The notes under the pieces were generated by a model. It searched no databases. It was not told the origin of the DNA and saw only the letters and a program-made list of their open reading frames with translations. The translations under genes and the position numbers were made by a program. A stretch of 63,133 bases of DNA, counting the filler, from Globobulimina sp. (lineage: Eukaryota): assembly GCA_003354225.1 (NCBI GenBank). It is 24 parts of 24 records of this genome, joined end to end, with 100 filler letters (N's around TTAATTAATTAA, not from the genome) between each part and the next. Parts side by side here need not be neighbours in the genome. Positions count along the whole stretch, not along the records: positions 23,728 to 26,262 come from PIVH01006123.1; positions 26,363 to 28,897 come from PIVH01006124.1; positions 28,998 to 31,532 come from PIVH01006125.1; positions 31,633 to 34,167 come from PIVH01006126.1; positions 34,268 to 36,802 come from PIVH01006127.1; 19 more parts are not named here. One strand, 5' to 3'. Position 1 is the stretch's first letter. Each line of letters starts with the position of its first letter. Of this stretch, positions 23,728 to 34,275 are shown piece after piece.

Positions 23728-26256
23728 AAAATGATCCGTAGCAAGAAATACGAAGTCAAACAACAAAAAGCAATGAAGACACTCGGTCGAATTTTGTCAG
23801 CCACAAAGAATCAATCGGAGCTCGCCAAAATTATTAAAATCATCGCCGAATCGTTCGAACTCGCGAAAAACCGCAAAAAAGAGAATAAGTCATACACGAA
23901 ATACATTAAATATCCGCTAAAATGCCTATCGATGTTAGCGAATGCACTCAACAACGAACTGACCATCTTTTTGAATTATAAATTGATTAAATCCATCTTC
24001 GATTTGGGACTCACAAAACCTATACTCAAATGTATCCAGAACATCTACATAAATGTGGTGAGTTATCAGCCTTTAATACAGGACCGGTTATCGCGGATGG
24101 TTTGGATGATATTATTGTATAATATGAACGCACAGAAACACACAGAAACGCACGCACAAAACACCAAAACCACTAATCCCGCCGCAGCCGATGACGAATC
24201 TGCTGCAGAACAAGCAAATGAATCTGAAAACGATGGACAACCACCGGCCCCACCGACGCCTGAACTATTTATACAAAACGCACTCAATGTGACCTATGAC
24301 GACGACGCCTACGACGATTATCACAATATTATGTATTACCATTATAAGTATAAAAATACCTCTTTTTCGTATAACAACAGTATCAATGCCAATGAATATA
24401 TCTCGCGCTATAATACCAATCAAGATATCCCGCCCTTTGTATCGCCACCGATCAATCATAAAAAAAACAAGAAATCAATCATAAAGAATGTGTACGCCGA
24501 TGAACCATCATTGGGGTCTGTAGGTTCGCCACATGAACAACACCAAGCTCAACATACATATAAGGAACAATTGCAGCAACAACGCCGTCGCTCCTCGCTA
24601 AACAGAAACGCGATGCCAGAGAATAATAATTATGACAACATCACAGAATTCCAAGATAAGGAGCTACGGAATGAGAAATTGATACAGTTGGCATTGTCGA
24701 CGATGAGCAAATTTAATCTGCACGATGTTAATATAAATCTATTGTACTTTGTGCGCGAAACGGTGTTATTTTACTGCAATCATTCAAATATTTGCATACG
24801 TAAACAAGCGGGGATTACGTGCTGTCGTTTATTATCGCGCATTATCCAACAAATGGAGAAGGAACAGCAACACTTAAAATTGCATTGGATTGAGATGAAT
24901 AACACACACTCGACACCGAATCAATTGGTTATGGAGAATTCATCCCTATTTTATGATAAATCCGTGACCACCACGCCGCAGAATGGTGCTTTTTATACCT
25001 CTCCATTATGGGCTATGTCTCATCGCGATCCATCGGTGCCATTTCAGATTGATTCGTCCAATCCGAGCACACCAAAATTGAACCAACCAAAATCTATCCA
25101 TATCCCTGCCAATATGTACACAAACGACCACACTTTGTCAGAGATCAAAGACGACGATGAAATCATTTCACATAATCATAACCATCATGGTAGCCGCAAA
25201 AATACGCGTTGTGATGGATTACATATGCAATTATCTGGACAGCATCGCCACGAATCGTCCATTATCATCAACATATTGGCCAAATTACTAAGTCTCGCCA
25301 TTGCCGATGTTGAGATTGAAGTACGTGAACAATTATTATTGTCACTGTTGCAGAATAAATTATTTTATTCTTATCTGTCGCAACAACAGTTATTGCCGTC
25401 GCTATTTATCGCATTGAATGACGAATCCTTTGGTGTTCGTGAAATTGCCTTGAAATTATTAGGTATTTTAGCTGCGTATAACCCGGCCCATATAATGCCA
25501 TTTATTCGTAAGAATTTGTTAGAATTATTGACGTATTTGGACAATCGCACTTTGTTAAGTTTAGAACAGCAAAAAGTAGACATCAGTAATCGGCAACAGT
25601 CGGCAGAGCTGATCGGGGATTTAATTGAATCCGCTTCCACAGAGACGATGAAGCCGTACGTAAATAGGATAATGTTGGTATTGCTACGTCAGTTGAAATT
25701 AGGCGACAATATATTTGTGGAGATCAGCATACTGCGAACCATTGGCAAATTGGCCAAAGTCGCACAGCAATCCCTGGTGCAATATTTCCATAAATTCTTG
25801 CCGATTTTAGTGAATACATTGAATAAAACGTCGGAAGCCATCAAATCGAATAACAGTAAGTATCAAAATGATGAAAATGAGAAAGGGCCGATGGTGAATA
25901 AACAGCCATTAATTAATAAGAAGTGTGTGGCGTTGCAGACATTGGGCCAAGTCATCGAGAGTACGGGCTTAGTGATTCAGCCATATTTGGCGTATAAGAA
26001 ATTGTTGGCGATTATCTTAGATTCGTTGAAGGCCGATCAACATTTAATTGTACGGCGCGAAGCCATGCAGATATTGGGCATTCTCGGTGCGTTGGACCCA
26101 CACATTCACAAAACCAATTTGAAGAAGATTGAGATGCATGAAAAGTTGCAGAAAAAGATGGTCCGGAATAAGAATAAGATTATGAATATTAATAAGAAAC
26201 AGGGCGAGAAAGACGCGCAGAGTTACGCTTTATACATTTTTTATGATTTTGTTTAA
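23728..26256 (+). CDS. TOR: TOR kinase, internal N-terminal HEAT-repeat fragment
   Basis: LFIALNDESFGVRE..NPAHIMPFIRK; VALQTLGQVIESTGLVIQPY; RREAMQILGILGALDP are TOR-specific blocks. Confidence 0.92.
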   Translation, partial: KMIRSKKYEVKQQKAMKTLGRILSATKNQSELAKIIKIIAESFELAKNRKKENKSYTKYIKYPLKCLSMLANALNNELTIFLNYKLIKSIFDLGLTKPILKCIQNIYINVVSYQPLIQDRLSRMVWMILLYNMNAQKHTETHAQNTKTTNPAAADDESAAEQANESENDGQPPAPPTPELFIQNALNVTYDDDAYDDYHNIMYYHYKYKNTSFSYNNSINANEYISRYNTNQDIPPFVSPPINHKKNKKSIIKNVYADEPSLGSVGSPHEQHQAQHTYKEQLQQQRRRSSLNRNAMPENNNYDNITEFQDKELRNEKLIQLALSTMSKFNLHDVNINLLYFVRETVLFYCNHSNICIRKQAGITCCRLLSRIIQQMEKEQQHLKLHWIEMNNTHSTPNQLVMENSSLFYDKSVTTTPQNGAFYTSPLWAMSHRDPSVPFQIDSSNPSTPKLNQPKSIHIPANMYTNDHTLSEIKDDDEIISHNHNHHGSRKNTRCDGLHMQLSGQHRHESSIIINILAKLLSLAIADVEIEVREQLLLSLLQNKLFYSYLSQQQLLPSLFIALNDESFGVREIALKLLGILAAYNPAHIMPFIRKNLLELLTYLDNRTLLSLEQQKVDISNRQQSAELIGDLIESASTETMKPYVNRIMLVLLRQLKLGDNIFVEISILRTIGKLAKVAQQSLVQYFHKFLPILVNTLNKTSEAIKSNNSKYQNDENEKGPMVNKQPLINKKCVALQTLGQVIESTGLVIQPYLAYKKLLAIILDSLKADQHLIVRREAMQILGILGALDPHIHKTNLKKIEMHEKLQKKMVRNKNKIMNINKKQGEKDAQSYALYIFYDFV

Positions 26257-26405
26257 CTTTTTNNNNNNNNNNNNNNNNNNNNNNNNNNNNNNNNNNNNNN
26301 NNNNNNTTAATTAATTAANNNNNNNNNNNNNNNNNNNNNNNNNNNNNNNNNNNNNNNNNNNNTATATTAATAAACGATGAAAACATATACAAAAAAAAAA
26401 AAACA

Positions 26406-28517
26406 TTAAAATTGATTTGGTTGATATTGATTGGATCTTGCTTTTGATGCTTGATACTGTACTCCACGAATTCCCTGATATGGGATTTTTAACTGTTGCT
26501 GCTGTTGTTGTTGATGTTGCTGTTGCTGCTGTTGTTGAATAAAAGGTGGCATTGATACTGGTAATAATTGATTGGATGCAAATATTGGATGATTCATATT
26601 TGGCGGATTGATATAATTTATTTGCGGTGCCAATTTAGGTAATTGTAATTGCGGTAAATGTAATTGAGGGAATTGCGGTAATTGTGGCAATTGTGGCAAT
26701 TGTAATTGTTTTTGTTGTTGTTGTTGTTGGATAATATCTATTTGTTCTTGTTTCTTCTCTGCATAATGCTTACTTAATACTGCCGCCATCATTTCAATTT
26801 TCTTATCTTGTTCTGCCAATTTTTCCTCATACGTATCCGTTAAATGTTTCTCCACGAATTGCCAATAATGTTCAGGTAATAAGTCCGATGCGCCGGGATA
26901 ACGTGGTACTGCTGTTTCTGCTGTTGATGCTCCATTAATATCCGGTCGTTTTCCGGTCGTTTTCCGGTCGTTTTCCGGTCGTTTTCCGATCATATTAACG
27001 GCTGCCTTTTCTGTCTGTCTGTCTGTTGGGGGCGCGGTCGGTGTCGGTGTTGGTGTTGGTGTTGGGGTTCGAGGTGGTGAGGGTGTGGTGACTGACATAT
27101 CTGTTTTTCGCGGTGGTGGCGGTGTAGGTGGCAAAGCGGGGGGTGGTGAGCGATATTTTTGTCTTCTTAACGGTGCCAACGGTGCGCGCGGAGGTGGTGG
27201 TGGCATATTATTTGTATTGCCATTCTCATCCTCATCCATCTTTCTTTCCATCGCATCGATTTCTTTGCTCATTAATGTGCCAATTTTATCCGCTGTCCGC
27301 AATTTTAATATCGACGAATTTCCATCCTTTGCGTATCCATGCCATTGCGAAATATTTCTATGCTCGCTAATACTTAATTTTTCTGTGTCTTTTACTTTGC
27401 TGCCAATATTACGCTCGATTTGGGCGATTCTGGATCCTCGATTTGAATGTGCTGTGTATACAAAAATGTGAATTTGTGCAGTTTACAGGAATAAATATAT
27501 AAAAACTAAACATGTCAGATTTGTTCTGCGGATATTTGTTGTTTCTGGGACTGGAACACCGGCGGCTTTGCAAATAATTTTAATATTGTCTCTAATATGC
27601 TTTTCGCCCAATCTTTGGGCAGAATAAAAATTACCTAATGCGTGATTTGCTTGTTTGCGCCATCTAACTCTTCGCCAATAATGTAATAATGCATAATTCA
27701 ATGGATTATCTTCGTCGATGTCAATAAATTGCTTAAAATCCACTTTTTTAATAACATCAATCTGGACATACACTGCAATGCAACATTTTAAATTCCACGA
27801 ATCGTGATCTTGGCCATCGGGACACTCGCACATAATATAATGTTTTTGGATTAATGCACACGTTTTTGTGCCTCGCGTAGTTATTTCTAATTTCGGGCGC
27901 TGGATTCCATCGACATTGCCATTAATTAATCGGACATCTCCTTCTTTCAATAAATGCACGTTACCGGAACGCAAACCGGTGCCATAATTCACATCATAGC
28001 AATGACGCGTTCTTAATTTTAATCGATCCAACATACCATCCGGTGAATAAACGTTATATTTTCTAATAAGACAGTGATCACTCAATGTCGTCTTTAATGC
28101 GGCTTCATGGTTCATACTGATTTTATATGGACTTGATTTTCTGATTCCAGCCCAGGTACTGTTAAATTGCGGGAAATGTACGATGTCTTTTCCATTTTTG
28201 CCAATTGAATATGATATATATCCATGCGAATGACGTAAATTCGGCTCGACTTGATTTTTCTTTTTGGTATGATGCTGATACATAAATGTTAAAAAACCAG
28301 CTAATTTCTCATCGATTAATAGCATCACAGGAACATAATGATTGATTGTCAGGAATGAAATGGATGGATCACTTGCAGGAACTGGATAAAATGCTATCGC
28401 ATATTTGCTAAAATAACCAGATTGCACTCGATTACGTGCTAATGTTGATTTGGCCCGATCAGATTTCTGGAATGCTTTGGTCATATCTTCTAATGCGTCA
28501 ATTTCTGTTTTGACCAT
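26406..28517 (-). CDS. Crypton-like tyrosine recombinase, about 683 aa, 2 exons (intron 27452-27511), Pro/Gln-rich C-terminal extension
   Basis: GTGLRSG (R), TRGTKT (K), FYSAQRLG..IKIICKAAG; after splicing NLTSHSNR (HxxR) and SEHRN..HGY (H, Y). Confidence 0.85.
26941..26988. repeat. 11-bp tandem repeat (TTTTCCGGTCG) about 4 copies inside the recombinase CDS
   Basis: Read directly. Confidence 0.9.
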
Positions 28518-29138
28518 CTTATGATGATGATGGACAAATGTACAATTTGAATGGATATATAAGTGAACGAATAGTATATAGAAACGTTTACAGGGATGAA
28601 AGAGAAATGTGTGGAGTTTAGTGTTGTTAGTTAAGTAAAAAAACAGTAAAAACAGTACTTTATCATAATTTACTGTTATCCATGGAAGCCAACTGTTAAG
28701 TATTTAAATATCTAAAATTCAAGTCACAAACATACAATAACACAGTATACACAAAATAAACACAAAATAAAAATAAAGAACACTATAGAAACCGCCCGCC
28801 ACCGCCACCGCCACCGTCCACCACCAACACACCACCACCAAGGACACTCACAAACGATTATCAATTAATAACTTGATTGATAGAGTATGGAATTAATNNN
28901 NNNNNNNNNNNNNNNNNNNNNNNNNNNNNNNNNNNNNNNNNTTAATTAATTAANNNNNNNNNNNNNNNNNNNNNNNNNNNNNNNNNNNNNNNNNNNNAAA
29001 ATGGAAAACAAAACATCTGGAAATAAAGAAAAAAAAGAAAAAAAAAGTAACAAAGTGAATATAAAAAGCAAAAAAACAAAAAAGCAATAAAAGATCGCCA
29101 GACAAATATTCGGGAATTAAGAAATCTGTCACCTTTCC

Positions 29139-31437
29139 TTACGCAGTTTCAACGTCACTCTCCTCAAAGGCTACTTTCCGATAGACCAATCCAGTGCGTC
29201 CACATTTTTTCCATAAGAAAACAGACCAGCACAACAAATTGAGGGCTAATAATGCTACGAAGCCACTCAACTCACCACTGCGCTGTGCAATGTCCATAAC
29301 ATTCCAATTCCTTGCCCCTATCCCCAAACCATTGCCAACCTCAGACGTCAGTGTCTCGATCTTAAAATCCACAATGTTACCACTCGGCACATTACCTGTG
29401 GCAAAGCACAAAGGTTGATTAATCATCTGAGAATGCGACCCTTTCGCTTCATACACTGCAACCACGCCATCAATAATCACCAGAGCGTTACTCTGTGTCA
29501 TGACTAACTCAATATAAAATGTCTGACCATTATTATTAGCATTGATTGGGTACCCATCGATAATGACCCATGAATCAATAGTGGGTTTGAAATATAACCA
29601 CTCATTCCCTCTGTCATATCTGAGCGTCATTTCATTCCCTGAACCTGCGCCGATATCGAATATATGCAAATAATTAATTTGCTCCCAGTCATTCACAGTC
29701 AACTCAAATGAAATCTTAAAAGAATCGCCCACACTCACCGACCTGGGACAATTGCCGTTCGAAAACGTGATTTGTTCTGGTGCCACGTCGGTCTCGATCT
29801 TAAAATCCACAATGTCACCACTCGGTACAACACCTGTGGCAAAACACAAAGGCTCATTAGTCATCTGAGAATGCGACCCTTTCGCTTCCGACACTACAGT
29901 TACACCGTCAATAATCACCACCGCGAGACTCTGTGTCATGACTAACTCAATATTCAATGTCTGACCATTATTATTAGCATTGATTGCATAACCATCGATC
30001 AACACCCACGAATCAATAGTTGGTTTGAAATATAACCGATCATTCCCTCTGTCATATCTGAACGCCATTTCATTCCCTGAACCTGCGCCGATATCGAATA
30101 TATGCAAATAACTATTTTGCTCCCAGTCATCCACAGTTAACTCAAACGAAATGTTAAAAGAATCGCCCACACTCACCGACATGGGACAATAGCCGTTCGA
30201 AGGGACAATAGTCGTCGGTAGCTCTTCTGTCCAATCGGTATCTGAAAAAGTTTTGGAATTTTTGAAGTTCACTCAACTAAAAAAACTTTCAAGTCACTTA
30301 ACTGTAAAAAACTTTTCCTGCCACAACAGTTCTCCTTTCTGCCAACTTGTCATGGTATTTGACCTTGAAATTATCACTCCATACATCCAATTCAGTCAGC
30401 ATCTCTGCTTGATTTGTACACAAGTCCGCACCATTAGTTTTTTGAGCAACAATCGCGCTGTGGTATTCTGCGTAAATGGACGCTCTTGCGTTTTCAATCC
30501 AAATCGCGAAGTCTTCAAATACATCCATCACTGATGAAATCTCATTCATAAAACCTGCTTCAGAGACAGTTTCGCGCATAACTACTAAATGTGCAATGGC
30601 TGTAACCTCAAAGAGCGGAAGCGTTGCAACCCAGACGGCTATCTTGTTTTGATACGAAATCTCCAAATCATCTGATCCAGTAAACATCAGAGGCATATTT
30701 GAAATAAAAGCATTATATGCAAATCCGACTTTAGTTTCGAGCAGTGCTGTGTCTTCTGCAGGCACATCCTCGATGTCTTCCATTACATTGGCTATCGAGG
30801 TCAAAAGGAGGCATGTTTGAGTGGTATCATAGGTTATGATCGCTTGACTAATACACGCTGCCACGTTCGCAAATGCTGCATTGATCTGATCGATCAGATT
30901 ATTCGCGAAATTCTCCTGCGCTTGCAACTCATATATACTAGACATCACACTGAACATAGGACCAACGTAGTCGAGAGAACTTAACAAAGCCATGTTTACT
31001 GCGTCAATGTATTGTTCAGCGCTAGTTTCGACAGATTCTAATCCTCCGAGAGTGCAGGTCTGTTCTGGTTCAGCGATCTCAGCAAAAACACAAACGTCTG
31101 GGCATGGGTCAGTCCGTGCCGCAGTCGTGTAACCATTACAATCCCCACCCCCTTGCATGCAGGTTAGATAGTTCGGCTGTGGGTTCTGACAACAGCCGCT
31201 ATTGGTATCAACGCACGGTCCCTGGTCTGTATACCCAGCACAAGAATATACACCGAAGAAGCTAGATTTATGACAATAACACGCTTGCCCACTTGATGGC
31301 ATATCGCCTGAATTGATTTTACAGCCGCTATTACCGCTGGAATAATAGTCACAACCACAACCCGCATGACAGCACACGGCATAAAATACTGCGTAAGCTA
31401 ATGCATAGATGATAACTTGGGCGGAAATACGAGCCAT
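29139..31437 (-). CDS. Type I membrane protein: signal peptide, 11-Cys module, Cry/Endotoxin_N-like helical domain, 2x ConA/LamG-like repeats, TM; 2 exons (intron 30242-30302)
   Basis: ATG 31437 with hydrophobic leader; a GTTAAGT..TTTTCAG phase-1 intron fuses ORFs 30298-31500 and 29139-30272; LPLFEVTAIAHLVVMRE motif; C-terminal TM plus short acidic tail. Confidence 0.7.
29353..30201. repeat. Intragenic direct repeat of about 410 bp (29353-29763 / 29791-30201, period 438)
   Basis: Near-identical DNA copies encoding two beta-rich domains (SVGDSF.ISFELTV.DWEQ..YLHIFDIG...DFKIET). Confidence 0.93.
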
Positions 31438-31632
31438 TTCGAGGTGACTATATATATTTAGAGTTCGATAAAAAATATATGCACAACATACTGAATTCAT
31501 GAATCATCAACCATCACTGAGACTTAATTATTNNNNNNNNNNNNNNNNNNNNNNNNNNNNNNNNNNNNNNNNNNNNTTAATTAATTAANNNNNNNNNNNN
31601 NNNNNNNNNNNNNNNNNNNNNNNNNNNNNNNN

Positions 31633-31941
31633 CGAAGTTATAATAAATGTGGAAAGTATGGCAAAGGCAGTTATTTTGCAGCGAATTCGTGCTATTGTGT
31701 GGGGAATGGATATTGTCGAAAGGATAAAAACAATGTATATTTCATTTTGTTGTGTCGCGTGATTGTTGGCGAGTATATTGTTGGTAATAAATATATGAAA
31801 CAAATCCCCCAAAAATGTGATGGAACAGAATATGATTCGTTGGTAAATAATAAGGAGAATCCGTCGATATTCGTGAGTTGGAGGGATTTTATGGCGATTC
31901 CGTATTATTTAATAATGTTTAAAAGTGTGTCGGTGTTATGA
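31633..31941 (+). CDS. PARP catalytic domain C-terminus (PARP12/TiPARP-like), 5' truncated
   Basis: Frame open from the contig edge: YGKGSYFA..Y, LLCRVIVGEY, YDSLVNN..NPSIFV, PYYLI. Confidence 0.85.
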   Translation, partial: RSYNKCGKYGKGSYFAANSCYCVGNGYCRKDKNNVYFILLCRVIVGEYIVGNKYMKQIPQKCDGTEYDSLVNNKENPSIFVSWRDFMAIPYYLIMFKSVSVL

Positions 31942-32165
31942 TGAGCGATTTTTGTGCATTAGGGCATGTACACACAATTAGTGTTTTTGTAGGCTATGTG
32001 TCACGTTTTTTTATTTTTTTTATTCTAACTGTTCTGAGTGGTGCCTTACTGTACGTTTGCACTGCCATTATATTATCAAATATATTATTTCTTTTTCTTT
32101 ATGTTTATTAAGTTTTTTTCCCCCAAACAAGATAACTAAATATAGTTAGTTATCAACAAGTAACC

Positions 32166-33449
32166 ATGACTGATAGCAAAGAATCTGAAAATACTGATAT
32201 CATTTCGCCCGTCGTTTCCTTAGATCTGCTTTGTGCAAAATTAAAAAATAATAACACAAGCTTTAAATCCAAACAAAGAGAGATTGTTCAAATTATCGGT
32301 GGAATTGATGAAATTTTATCCCATTATATACACATTACTAAAAAGAACAGTGACAAACAGCTGAAAGCATCACAGATGCAACAGATACAAAAGGTGCTTA
32401 AATCTGCATATGAGCCAACATATATTCGTGAAAATAGTATTCGTGACATTATTGACCCAAATCAATTTGATGAATTATTAGAACTTGAAAATGATTCAGA
32501 ATTAACCTTTACATTCGATGAAAAAGATACCATTTTACACGAAACATTTGGTATCCATACCGGTGAAAAAATGATTAATATCATATACAATCCGATATCA
32601 GTCGGCATAATATTGACAGTATTATTATTATTTGCCTTTTTATGGCAATTTCTATGGCAATTTACAACAGGACATGATGCATTTTTTGCCTTTGTCATTT
32701 TATCGCAATCAATGGCTATTATTTGGTCTGTTTTTGTAGTCATCTCAATGAACAGGAAATGTTTTGCTTTGTTAGCCAAAGAGATGACTTTTTGGGTCCA
32801 ATTGCTATATTCCATGGTTGCTTTGGTATTATCCTTTTATATCACATATACGCGTGAGTTGAAAGAGGACGCTGTCGGCGCTGCTGTGGAAATGTTGTGG
32901 AGAGTTTTTGGTCTGACGATGACGGTCATCGTTTCCAGCGTTGATGCATTGCCCATTCATGGCCGGAAAGTGCAAACATTTCTAGGTTTATGTGCTGTGG
33001 TGGCGACTACTACGATCACTGTATATTGGTACGTAACGGCATGGGAATTTGAACAGGAAACTGATGAAAAGAAGTTATTATTTAATGTGTCGTTGAAAGA
33101 ATTAGCGTCAATGAGAAATGCATTGGGCATTACGTTGGCATTATTTTTTTTGAAACAAAGTGTTTTTTCATATACAAAGGGCGATCGATGCATTTCAATA
33201 AATTATTCACCAAAAATCAATTGGATTTGTCTCAATAATGAGGAACAATCTGACCGTGAATATGTGGACAGAGTAGCAAACCAAACACCTGACACTGAAA
33301 TCGATGATAAAAAGAATTATGATGCGATTCAATTAGAAAAACATCATAAAAAGAATGTTGAATTGGAAGAACATCATAAAATAAAAAAGAAAATGATGCG
33401 ATTCAATTTCAGTGTTCAACAATTAAACATAAACATATGCAACAATTAA
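32166..33449 (+). CDS. Multi-pass membrane hypothetical protein
   Basis: 427-aa ORF with about 6 TM segments. Confidence 0.6.
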   Translation: MTDSKESENTDIISPVVSLDLLCAKLKNNNTSFKSKQREIVQIIGGIDEILSHYIHITKKNSDKQLKASQMQQIQKVLKSAYEPTYIRENSIRDIIDPNQFDELLELENDSELTFTFDEKDTILHETFGIHTGEKMINIIYNPISVGIILTVLLLFAFLWQFLWQFTTGHDAFFAFVILSQSMAIIWSVFVVISMNRKCFALLAKEMTFWVQLLYSMVALVLSFYITYTRELKEDAVGAAVEMLWRVFGLTMTVIVSSVDALPIHGRKVQTFLGLCAVVATTTITVYWYVTAWEFEQETDEKKLLFNVSLKELASMRNALGITLALFFLKQSVFSYTKGDRCISINYSPKINWICLNNEEQSDREYVDRVANQTPDTEIDDKKNYDAIQLEKHHKKNVELEEHHKIKKKMMRFNFSVQQLNINICNN

Positions 33450-34027
33450 ATATATAGCCAATCCAATCCGTGTGGATTTGTATGTTAATTTATCGTTTTT
33501 TCAAACTTCTGTGTTGTTTGAGAACTTTAATTTGTATGTTTATTGTATGATTACATAAATGAATTTACATTTGTTTATTTTATTTGTATTTTGTTATTTT
33601 AATTTTATATTAAACCACTAATCACACACATTTAAAACGCAATACTTTAGAATAGGACTGTTTAGAATATTTTGAGTTAAAGAGCTTATTTTAAACTCAT
33701 CATGTTTTAATTCGTGATGTATAGAATATAAACAGGCAGTGTTTCAAAAACGAAATGTTTGGAATTCAAACTGTGACTGCAGACACAACGCATTGCAGTC
33801 ACAACTTTGGAGTTAATCGCTCAATAGCTGAGTGGCGCTACAGTGTGAGATCCCAAACGACGTGTAGCAGGTGGTGGAGATCAAACTCAATCGTAATTAA
33901 CAAACACAAGCGTGGGGTACTATAAACCAGTGGATTTATCAGAAATTAATGAAAGTTCGTTACAAAAAAATAATTCATGGGAATTGAACGGTGCTAGTAA
34001 ACGTTTGATCGACATTGTCTGTATGAT

Positions 34028-34167
34028 GTCTGATAATGACCCCATAAGTGTTGATCTAGGTGATGGAAATGTGAATTTCATCTTTTATGAAAACTCACCG
34101 ATTATTACCCAACTGCGGTTTTATCCGATTATTCAACTGGCTATAATTGGAGCCTTTATTATGGTTA
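34028..34167 (+). other. Fragment resembling a Bacteroidota sensor histidine kinase periplasmic/TM2 segment
   Basis: NDPISVDLGDG..FIFYENSPIITQLRFYPIIQLAIIGAF recalled as the pre-TM2 motif of Bacteroidota histidine kinases. Confidence 0.5.
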
Positions 34168-34275
34168 NNNNNNNNNNNNNNNNNNNNNNNNNNNNNNNNN
34201 NNNNNNNNNNNTTAATTAATTAANNNNNNNNNNNNNNNNNNNNNNNNNNNNNNNNNNNNNNNNNNNNATTATAAA

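Noticed and set aside
30242-30317. Non-canonical GA-AG intron in the Cry-like gene
   Set aside because: A canonical GT donor at 30302 gives the same phase, so the GA donor is not needed without RNA evidence.
26363-31532. Crypton recombinase next to the Cry-like gene as a toxin-carrying mobile element
   Set aside because: A linker (28898-28997) separates them; there is no physical linkage.
33772-33895. 10-bp palindrome plus A-box/B-box-like words as a tRNA or SINE
   Set aside because: No cloverleaf can be built; only loose motif matches.
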